A stretch of 12,121 bases of DNA from an uncultured Candidatus Saccharibacteria bacterium (GTDB taxonomy: Bacteria; Patescibacteriota; Minisyncoccia; Phycocordibacterales; Zambryskibacteraceae). The stretch covers positions 1-12,121 of the forward strand of contig CAZYGU010000024.1 of NCBI GenBank assembly GCA_964646785.1, given 5' to 3'. The number at the start of each line of letters is the position of its first letter. The stretch's first letter is position 1. Positions 6,826 through 12,121 of this stretch are shown here, piece after piece. Position numbers and translations under genes: made by a program. The notes beneath the pieces were generated by a model. The model saw only the letters and a list, made by a program, of their open reading frames with translations. It was not told the origin of the DNA and did no database searches.

Positions 6826-7746
6826 TTAAACCTTTAGATATTTTCGTACAGCAAGGAAACTGGATATAGCACCGATGACGATACCAGAGAGCATAATAAT
6901 CCCAAATATCTGTGCAAAGTTGTGTGTGTAGTAATCAAACAAATTGATACCAATAATAGAGCTGTATTTTGCAACCCAATAGGTAATCGGATAAAAAAGC
7001 ATCAAGGTCAGTATCCCTGACACAGCGCCGTAAATCATACCAACAACAACAAACGGTCCTCTGACATACATTGCACTTGCTCCAACGAGTCTCATCACAG
7101 CAATTTCCTCTCGTGAAATATAGATAGCGAGACGAATTGTGTTAAAAGTAATAAGAACAGAAATACCAACAAGTACTAATGTAAAGATAGAACCAAGTTT
7201 TTCTGCAGCATTGATGATACGAGTAAGTTTGTCTATCGATTCCTTGTTTCGGAAATAATCGATGTTATCAATAATAGAAGAGCCATCTTTTGAAAGTACA
7301 GGTTTTGTTTGAAGGAAATCAGCAATTCCTTGGTACTGTGCTGGGTTTTTCGCTTTGATATTGAGTGATGCACCAAATGGATTATCTGATACTTCTTCAA
7401 GAGCTTGGATCGTTGAGTGATCGTTCTCGTGTCTTGTTTTGAAATCTTCGAGAACTTGTTCTCGTGAGGTATATACAACTGACTGCACTTCGGGTAGCCC
7501 TTCAAGCGTCTTTTGAAGCGAGAGAACATCATCTTCGTTTGCAGTAGTGACGAATGAAACACTAACATCAACTTTGTTACGAATTTCTTCAAGCCATGTA
7601 TGGAGTGTTGTTGATGTAAAAATAAGTGAACCAATCACAGACAATGTGATGATCATCACCAAGATAGAAGAAAGTGACACGAATGCATTTCGTGAAAAGT
7701 TAAAAAAACCACTTCGTATAATTCTTTTTACATTTGTCCAAACCAT
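6826..7746 (-). CDS. ftsX: Cell-division ABC transporter permease FtsX
   Basis: 306 aa. N-terminal TM, a periplasmic domain and three C-terminal TM helices. It lies immediately downstream of ftsE, with only 3 nt between them. Confidence 0.9.
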   Translation of the reverse strand: MVWTNVKRIIRSGFFNFSRNAFVSLSSILVMIITLSVIGSLIFTSTTLHTWLEEIRNKVDVSVSFVTTANEDDVLSLQKTLEGLPEVQSVVYTSREQVLEDFKTRHENDHSTIQALEEVSDNPFGASLNIKAKNPAQYQGIADFLQTKPVLSKDGSSIIDNIDYFRNKESIDKLTRIINAAEKLGSIFTLVLVGISVLITFNTIRLAIYISREEIAVMRLVGASAMYVRGPFVVVGMIYGAVSGILTLMLFYPITYWVAKYSSIIGINLFDYYTHNFAQIFGIIMLSGIVIGAISSFLAVRKYLKV

Positions 7747-7749
7747 ATG

Positions 7750-8439
7750 TTATATCGTATATCTTCCCTCTTTATCGTCACGTACAATCTTACCACTATC
7801 CATCGTTAGTACGCGACGTCCTAATGAATCAATAACTCCTTTGTTATGTGTTGTGAGGATAACTGTTGTTCCAAGATCGTTAATCTTTTTTAAAATTTGA
7901 ACAATCTCATATGTATTCACAGGATCAAGGTTACCCGTAGGCTCATCAGCAATAATAATGTCGGGCTGATTTACGATTGCTCGGGCAATAGCAACGCGCT
8001 GTTTCTCTCCACCTGAAAGTTCATTCGGAAAATTCCAAATTTTCTTTCCAAGATCAACAAGCTCAAGCACGTGAGGTACATCTGACTCGATTTCTTCATC
8101 GGTTCGTCCAGCGGCTTCCATAGAGAATGCAATATTTTCATATACATTCTTATCTGGGAGCAAACGAAAATCTTGGAATACGACTCCAATCTTTCGGCGA
8201 TATTCTGGAATGTCACGTGAACGAAGATTATGAATATCTGTTGAACCAAAAAAAACTTTACCTTCAGTCGGTTTATCTTCAGCGAGGATGAGTTTTACGA
8301 GAGTAGTCTTCCCTGCACCTGAGTGCCCTACAATAGAGACGAATTCCTGAGGTTCTATGGCAAAAGTAATGTCCTCAAGGGCGACAGATTCGTCTGGATA
8401 TACTTTTGAAACTTTATCGAAATAGATCATTGGTGTCAT
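7750..8439 (-). CDS. ftsE: Cell-division ABC transporter ATP-binding protein FtsE
   Basis: Walker A 'GHSGAGKTT', ABC signature 'LSGGEKQRVAIARA', Walker B 'IIIADEPTGNLD'. 229 aa. Confidence 0.95.
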   Translation of the reverse strand: MTPMIYFDKVSKVYPDESVALEDITFAIEPQEFVSIVGHSGAGKTTLVKLILAEDKPTEGKVFFGSTDIHNLRSRDIPEYRRKIGVVFQDFRLLPDKNVYENIAFSMEAAGRTDEEIESDVPHVLELVDLGKKIWNFPNELSGGEKQRVAIARAIVNQPDIIIADEPTGNLDPVNTYEIVQILKKINDLGTTVILTTHNKGVIDSLGRRVLTMDSGKIVRDDKEGRYTI

Positions 8440-8455
8440 TCAGTGTTACCTGACA

Positions 8456-8485
8456 ATTCTACCATAAAAAAAGCTTCTCTCTCAA
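8456..8485 (-). promoter_or_regulatory. Candidate ftsEX promoter: TTGAGA, 18-nt spacer, TAGAAT
   Basis: On the minus strand, the -35 is at 8485..8480 and the -10 at 8461..8456. It overlaps the U-tract of the upstream terminator. Confidence 0.35.
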
Positions 8486-8514
8486 ACAAAACCCCGCAAC
8501 TTTGCAGTTGCGGG
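8481..8514 (-). terminator. Intrinsic terminator: cccgcaact-ttgc-agttgcggg, followed on the minus strand by GTTTTGTTTG
   Basis: 9-bp stem with a tetraloop, 27 nt downstream of the 73-aa ORF stop. Confidence 0.65.
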
Positions 8515-8540
8515 ACCTTTCTTCTCACTTATAGAGAACA

Positions 8541-8762
8541 CTAACGGTCTTCTAATGCTTCGAACCCGTACATCTCACATTGCATGGGATACAGCTGTTC
8601 CCTCTCCTTTTCAGAGAGAGAGCCATACTTGAATTCGAATTCAGCTTTGAACAATCGGCTGGCCCATGTTCGTGCAACGGAGGTCACAACGACCATCGTG
8701 ACACCGAACGTGAGGAACAACATGACGAACAAATAGAAATTCTGTTCCGAACAAGAACCCAT
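8541..8762 (-). CDS. Hypothetical 73-aa single-TM peptide
   Basis: GGGGG RBS, its own promoter and its own terminator. TM 'FYLFVMLFLTFGVTMVVVTSV', then a charged tail. GC-rich. Confidence 0.45.
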   Translation of the reverse strand: MGSCSEQNFYLFVMLFLTFGVTMVVVTSVARTWASRLFKAEFEFKYGSLSEKEREQLYPMQCEMYGFEALEDR

Positions 8763-8798
8763 AATGCCCCCGAGTGAAGTGTGTACTGACTAAAAAAT

Positions 8799-8828
8799 AC
8801 TATATCACGAAAATGAGACTTCAGTCAA
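8799..8828 (-). promoter_or_regulatory. Sigma70-type promoter: TTGACT, 18-nt spacer, TGaTATAGT
   Basis: On the minus strand, the -35 is at 8828..8823 and the -10 at 8804..8799. It shares ACATTGACnGA-N11-CGTGATATA with the promoter at 5895-5924. Confidence 0.5.
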
Positions 8829-8846
8829 TGTCACTTATAATCTAAA

Positions 8847-9722
8847 TTACAGATTTTTTTCTGCTTCCAAAAATTCTTCGATATCTCCCTCGAGTACAGC
8901 ATCAATGTTTGCGGTTTCTGCATTTGTTCGGTGGTCTTTCACCATTTTATATGGATGCATAACATATGAACGAATTTGATTCCCCCATTCGATCTGAGTC
9001 GTCTTTGATACGTACATTCCCTTCTCTTGCGCGATTCTATCTTCTTCCATTTTCTTATACAGTTTTCCAGTCAGGATTGCGATTGCTTTTTCTTTATTTT
9101 GAGCTTGTGAACGTTCGCTCGTGACATGTGCAGATAGATTGGTCGGAACATGTATAACACGCACTGCCGTCTCACGTTTATTTACGTTTTGGCCACCAGG
9201 TCCACCGGATTTTGAAAGTTCAACACGGATATCAGATTCAGGAATATCAATCTCACCCGTTTTTTCAAATTTAGGAATTACTTCAACAAGCGAGAAGGAA
9301 GTGTGTCTTAGTTGTTTTGCATTAAAAGGTGAGATACGAACAAGACGATGTACTCCTGATTCGTTTTTTAGTGTGCCATATGCATCCTTGCCAGAAATTT
9401 CAATTGTTACATTACGATACCCTCCATGATCATTTTGATTTTCATGAAGAAGTGTTATTCCCCAGTTTCTCTTTTGAAAATATTTCATATACATCTGAAG
9501 AAGAATTGCTGAAAAATCTTCAGAATCATCACCCCCCGCACCAGAAAAAATTGTCATGATTGCATCACCTCTATCAAACTTTCCTACACCCGCTATCTCA
9601 TCTTTCAATGTTTGAATATCACGAATTGTTTTTTGTGCTTTTTCTTTATCATTCCAAAAATCAGCAGACATCATATCTGCCTCCATCTGTTCAAGTTGTT
9701 TTTGCTTTACTTCTTTGTCCAT
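8847..9722 (-). CDS. prfB: Peptide chain release factor 2 (compact form without a frameshift leader)
   Basis: GGQ motif (SGGPGGQNVN) and the RF2-specific SPF motif (RISPFNAK). 291 aa. It begins at the residue equivalent to E. coli RF2 position 27. Confidence 0.9.
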   Translation of the reverse strand: MDKEVKQKQLEQMEADMMSADFWNDKEKAQKTIRDIQTLKDEIAGVGKFDRGDAIMTIFSGAGGDDSEDFSAILLQMYMKYFQKRNWGITLLHENQNDHGGYRNVTIEISGKDAYGTLKNESGVHRLVRISPFNAKQLRHTSFSLVEVIPKFEKTGEIDIPESDIRVELSKSGGPGGQNVNKRETAVRVIHVPTNLSAHVTSERSQAQNKEKAIAILTGKLYKKMEEDRIAQEKGMYVSKTTQIEWGNQIRSYVMHPYKMVKDHRTNAETANIDAVLEGDIEEFLEAEKNL

Positions 9723-9745
9723 ATAATCTTAACGGTATAACGAAA

Positions 9746-9766
9746 GCCCGCTCTTGTGAAGCGGGC
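9746..9766 (-). other. GC hairpin (gcccgct-cttgtga-agcgggc) 23 nt upstream of the prfB start codon
   Basis: 7-bp GC stem. On the minus strand it is followed by TTTCGTTAT. Possible attenuator or 5'-UTR structure. Confidence 0.4.
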
Positions 9767-9951
9767 CGGAATGTACTGTGATAGTGGTAAGGGTGTTGAA
9801 GGTGTGGGTCAAAAAAATTGCTGTTTGTGGGTGAACGTCTCAAATGAGAACGATCGAGAAACTGAAAGGCAATTAAGATGACCAACCTTGCAACAACGAT
9901 ACTACTATCAATGTTCCGGGTTAATTATAGCAAGAAGACGCTTTCTGTCAA

Positions 9952-9981
9952 GAAAAAAGTGCTGAGCAATTGCTCAGCACT
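9952..9981 (-). terminator. Intrinsic terminator: 24-bp perfect palindrome agtgctgagcaattgctcagcact plus a T6 run on the minus strand
   Basis: It overlaps the stop codon of the 84-aa ORF at 9981-9983. Confidence 0.65.
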
Positions 9982-10235
9982 TACACCAAAGAAAGTTGAA
10001 ACTGCTGACTTTCAAGAGCGCTTCTTCGATCAGCCTCTTCGATCAACTCCTTATCTGAATAATCATCAAGGTCGATGCCGATCGGAACATGGATACGAGA
10101 CATCGCTGCTTCGAGAAGCGTTGATTCCTTGCTCCTCCGCATTGATATCCCACCAACATCATACCGCTGCCACAACTGCCTCATAAGCAACCGGGCGATT
10201 TCAACATCAGTAAGTGCCTCAACAGGTTTCTTCAT
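9981..10235 (-). CDS. Hypothetical 84-aa protein
   Basis: GAGGG RBS 5 nt before the ATG, its own terminator, GC about 50%. No recognisable family (MKKPVEALTDVEIARLLMRQLWQRYD...). Confidence 0.5.
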   Translation of the reverse strand: MKKPVEALTDVEIARLLMRQLWQRYDVGGISMRRSKESTLLEAAMSRIHVPIGIDLDDYSDKELIEEADRRSALESQQFQLSLV

Positions 10236-10270
10236 CGATCCCTCATGGTAAGAAGAAATGTTCTGTCACT

Positions 10271-10298
10271 AAATTACCATACTCTCAAAAAGTTACAA
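10271..10298 (-). promoter_or_regulatory. Candidate promoter: TTGTAA, 16-nt spacer, TGgTAATTT
   Basis: On the minus strand, the extended -10 is at 10279..10271. The -35 is weak. Confidence 0.35.
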
Positions 10299-10331
10299 AA
10301 AGGTGCCAGTTTCCCGAAGGAAACTGGCACC
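10291..10331 (-). terminator. Strong intrinsic terminator: 13-bp stem ggtgccagtttcc / ggaaactggcacc with a CGAA tetraloop, then a minus-strand TTTTTGTAACTTTTT
   Basis: Perfect hairpin at 10302-10331 with a U-tract at 10291-10301. It terminates the leftward tRNA transcript. Confidence 0.75.
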
Positions 10332-10536
10332 AACTGTTCGAACATCATCGACCATGACCCGAAGGTTCAAATGGATCGATAAGGTCACGGCTGGCAGCTG
10401 GGTAAAATCCCCCAACCATGCAGACCTGTGCCCCAAACAGTTACCCTTCCTTCAATCGTCACTGAAGAAAAGGTGGAACCAGTATGATATTTACAACTAA
10501 AGAAATCAAGGAGTCGTCTCACCTACTACGTTCGTG

Positions 10537-10609
10537 AGCCACCTCGCGGGATCGAACCGCGGACCCCCACTTTACGAAAGTGGTGCTCTACCAACTGAGC
10601 TAAGGTGGC
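10537..10609 (-). tRNA. tRNA-Thr (anticodon CGU)
   Basis: Cloverleaf: acceptor GCCACCT/AGGTGGC, D-arm GCTCAGTTGGTAGAGC, anticodon loop TTCGTAA, T-arm CGCGGTTCGATCCCGCG. No CCA is encoded. Confidence 0.85.
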
Positions 10610-10631
10610 AATAAAAACCAATCGCAATTTT

Positions 10632-10707
10632 TGGAGCCGTTGAGCAGGATTGAACTGCTGACCTCGTCATTACCAATGACGTGCTCTACCAACTGAGCTA
10701 CAACGGC
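10632..10707 (-). tRNA. tRNA-Thr (anticodon GGU), CCA encoded
   Basis: Acceptor GCCGTTG/CAACGGC, anticodon loop TTGGTAA, T-arm AGCAGTTCAATCCTGCT, 3' TCCA. Confidence 0.9.
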
Positions 10708-10711
10708 ATAT
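10684..10711. repeat. 28-bp direct repeat, copy 1 (tRNA-Thr(GGU) 5' end plus 4 nt upstream)
   Basis: Identical to 10812-10839: ctctaccaactgagctacaacggcatat. Confidence 0.9.
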
Positions 10712-10744
10712 TCGCACTAACAGTCACAAGTATTTTTTTACTAA

Positions 10745-10835
10745 AAAATCTCGCGACCCCTCCTCGCGCCGTCGCGCTCCGGCCTTGCGACTGGGCCCCA
10801 TCCCAGTCTCACTCTACCAACTGAGCTACAACGGC
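10745..10835 (-). pseudogene. Truncated tRNA-Thr(GGU) copy (acceptor 5' strand plus D-arm only) fused to a GC-rich hairpin element and a T-run
   Basis: The first 25 nt are identical to the tRNA-Thr(GGU) 5' end. They are followed by GAGACTGGGATGGGGCCCAGTCGCAAGGCCGGAGCGCGACGGCGCGAGGAGGGGTCGCGAGATTTTTT. There is no anticodon arm or T-arm. Confidence 0.5.
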
Positions 10836-10839
10836 ATAT
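10812..10839. repeat. 28-bp direct repeat, copy 2
   Basis: Identical to 10684-10711. Confidence 0.9.
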
Positions 10840-10861
10840 CACCCACCCAAACAGTTTCACC

Positions 10862-10890
10862 ATCATAGGGAATTTTGAATCATTTTGCAA
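10862..10890 (-). promoter_or_regulatory. Candidate tRNA-operon promoter: TTGCAA, 17-nt spacer, TATGAT
   Basis: On the minus strand, the -35 is at 10890..10885 and the -10 at 10867..10862. It is immediately downstream of the pyrF stop. Confidence 0.4.
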
Positions 10891-10900
10891 AACAAGAGTA

Positions 10901-11710
10901 TTATCTATTTTTTCCAGTAGACATTCGTATCTCTTCGCAGAGTTTCCTTGCTTCCTCCTCTGGATTTTTCGCAAAGATAATTCTCCGTGATGCATTAATA
11001 ATGAGGCCAAGACCATCTTTATTCAGGCCACTTTGTACTACACTTTTTATATTAATTCCCTCGTCACTTACACCAGGAACTAACAATGTCATCTCTTTAG
11101 AAATTTCTCGTACTTTTTTTATTTCCTCAGGATGAGGTGCTCCAACGACTAACATACAATTTCCATTTGTATTCCATTCACTAGTAACTCGCTCTGCAAT
11201 TGTTTGCCACAACGGTTTACCTTCAGAAAGAAGATTTTGAAATTCTTCTGCGCCTGTGTTTGAGGTACGACAAAGAATAATTGAGATCTTATCCTTTCTC
11301 TCAAGAAACGGTGCCATTGCCTCATGTCCCATATAAGGATGGAGTGTCACAGCATCAGCACCGAGCAGATCAAACGCGAATTCAGCATATCCAACATTTG
11401 TATTACTTGTATCTGCACGCTTTGCATCAAGGATAAGAAATATATTTGAGTGATACAAAGCAAGGTAATCAAAGGTCATTTTTAACTCACGAAGTCCCTG
11501 CTCCCCTCGTGCTTCATAAAATGCACTATTCAGTTTGTAAGCAGAAACATATGCATGAGTTTGTTCAATAATCCATGTGTTAAATTCAAACTGTGGAAAT
11601 GGTTTTTGCAAAAAACGTTCAGGAAGTTTTGAAAAATCTGCATCAAGCCCTACACATAGTAGTGAGTTTACTTTTTTTGCTCGGTTGTTGTACTTAATAA
11701 GAGCATTCAT
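10901..11710 (-). CDS. pyrF: Orotidine 5'-phosphate decarboxylase, type 2 (long form)
   Basis: 'LCVGLDA', 'LDAKRADTSNT', 'ADAVTLHPYMG', 'LVVGAP' and 'LLVPGV' match the type-2 ODCase motifs. 269 aa. Confidence 0.9.
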   Translation of the reverse strand: MNALIKYNNRAKKVNSLLCVGLDADFSKLPERFLQKPFPQFEFNTWIIEQTHAYVSAYKLNSAFYEARGEQGLRELKMTFDYLALYHSNIFLILDAKRADTSNTNVGYAEFAFDLLGADAVTLHPYMGHEAMAPFLERKDKISIILCRTSNTGAEEFQNLLSEGKPLWQTIAERVTSEWNTNGNCMLVVGAPHPEEIKKVREISKEMTLLVPGVSDEGINIKSVVQSGLNKDGLGLIINASRRIIFAKNPEEEARKLCEEIRMSTGKNR

Positions 11711-11719
11711 ATCTTTTTC

Positions 11720-11920
11720 TTAAAACGTTGAAATCGTACTGTATGTACTAAGAAAAGAAGGTACAACAAACATAAGACCGACTAATGGAAGTACGATCAT
11801 CGCGACTGTAATAATGAGTATCCACTTAAAGTAATTTTTTAATTCCCGAACCGAATCGGCCATTTCATCAATTTTTGCATTCAACTCTTCTATTTTTTTT
11901 GTAAGTTCTTCGTTTAACAT
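11720..11920 (-). CDS. Small coiled-coil plus TM protein (66 aa from the ATG at 11920; the track's GTG start at 11938 is less likely)
   Basis: A TATACT -10 at 11932..11927 ends 6 nt before the ATG (leaderless geometry). N-terminal 'EELTKKIEELNAKIDEM', then a TM helix. The gene is 9 nt upstream of pyrF. Confidence 0.5.
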   Translation of the reverse strand: MLNEELTKKIEELNAKIDEMADSVRELKNYFKWILIITVAMIVLPLVGLMFVVPSFLSTYSTISTF

Positions 11921-12020
11921 AAATATAGTATAACCCACACTATCAATAAGAATATAGAGAGTATTGAACTTAAAATCACTGAAGAAGCACCAAGATAGAA
12001 ACTTTCTTTAATCATGCAGC

Positions 12021-12046
12021 AAAAAACCCCTTACGGGGTTTTTGTT
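12021..12046. terminator. Bidirectional terminator-like hairpin aaaaaacccc-ttac-ggggtttttg
   Basis: Only a 4-bp GC core, extended by A/U pairs, with T/A tracts on both sides. Confidence 0.5.
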
Positions 12047-12047
12047 G

Positions 12048-12119
12048 CGCGGCTGATGGGTGCTGACCCCACGGCCTCTCGCGTGACAGGCGAGTGCTCT
12101 ACCGTTGAGCTACAGCCGC
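12048..12119 (-). tRNA. tRNA-Asp(GUC)-like, with an atypical T-loop
   Basis: Acceptor GCGGCTG/CAGCCGC, D-arm GCTCAACGGTAGAGC, anticodon loop CTGTCAC, discriminator G. The T-loop reads GTCAGCA rather than TTCRANT. Confidence 0.55.
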
Positions 12120-12121
12120 AA

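Noticed and set aside
2799-8660. Clustered restriction sites (SacI plus EcoRI at 2799-2813, tandem EcoRI at about 8645-8656, NdeI at the ftsE/ftsX junction) as evidence of cloning
   Set aside because: Six-cutter sites are expected every roughly 4 kb by chance, so they are not statistically compelling. They are mentioned only as a weak hint towards the engineered or chimeric alternative.
6250-9559. Antisense and alt-frame ORFs within the acidic-protein gene, ftsX, ftsE and prfB (6250-6591, 7233-7634, 7547-7900, 7971-8249, 9121-9429, 9329-9559)
   Set aside because: They are embedded in confidently identified genes on the opposite strand or frame. They have low-complexity translations and no start signals.
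9691-9885. 64-aa minus-strand ORF as a possible RF2 frameshift leader (it is in the -1 frame relative to the prfB body)
   Set aside because: It has no similarity to RF2 N-termini and is far too long. It ends at ACT-TGA rather than CUU-UGA-C. The prfB frame has a TAA three codons before its ATG, so no productive +1 shift site exists.
10745-10810. GC-rich element after the tRNA-Thr fragment as a tmRNA, a tRNA-Sec or a long-variable-arm tRNA
   Set aside because: There is no T-arm, no 7-nt anticodon loop and no tag-peptide ORF. It is too short for a tmRNA.
9878-11135. Plus-strand ORFs 9878-10186, 10303-10500 and 10875-11135
   Set aside because: They are antisense to the 84-aa ORF and to pyrF, or they lie in the tRNA-spacer region. 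Their composition is biased and they have no RBS.
1-12121. CRISPR arrays, IS elements and integrase or transposase genes
   Set aside because: There are no regularly spaced direct repeats, no terminal inverted repeats bounding a transposase-like ORF, and no recombinase-like translation in any frame.

Overview
This is a bacterial window with an unusual compositional mosaic. Low-GC (about 35-40%) housekeeping genes are recognisable: ftsE-ftsX, a compact prfB (RF2), a type-2 pyrF, two intact tRNA-Thr genes plus a tRNA-Asp-like gene, a VOC/PhnB-like protein and a TehB-like methyltransferase. Several of these low-GC genes look leaderless, with an extended -10 (TGnTAnnnT) ending 6 nt before the ATG and no Shine-Dalgarno sequence. 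Interleaved with them are discrete GC-rich (about 50-57%) modules, each built like a textbook expression cassette: a sigma70-type -35/extended -10 promoter, a strong AGGAG-type RBS, the CDS or CDSs, and a hairpin plus U-tract terminator. The GC-rich cassettes encode: (1) a 104-aa W-rich ORF that contains a 22-bp perfect palindrome; (2) a Bax-inhibitor-1/YccA-family 7-TM protein plus a 124-aa unknown; (3) a 610-aa flotillin/SPFH protein, divergent from (4) a 262-aa highly acidic protein with five Cys-containing repeats of about 35 aa, the pair bracketed by two bidirectional terminators; (5) a 73-aa single-TM peptide; and (6) an 84-aa unknown. Two of the GC-rich promoters share an extended identical motif. 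Within the tRNA cluster there is a 28-bp direct repeat: a copy of the tRNA-Thr(GGU) 5' end fused to a GC-rich hairpin element and a T-run, which could be an integration or remnant scar. RF2 lacks the usual N-terminal leader and the +1 frameshift site. I see no CRISPR array, integrase or transposase. All functional calls are homology-by-eye from the translations. I ran no database search.
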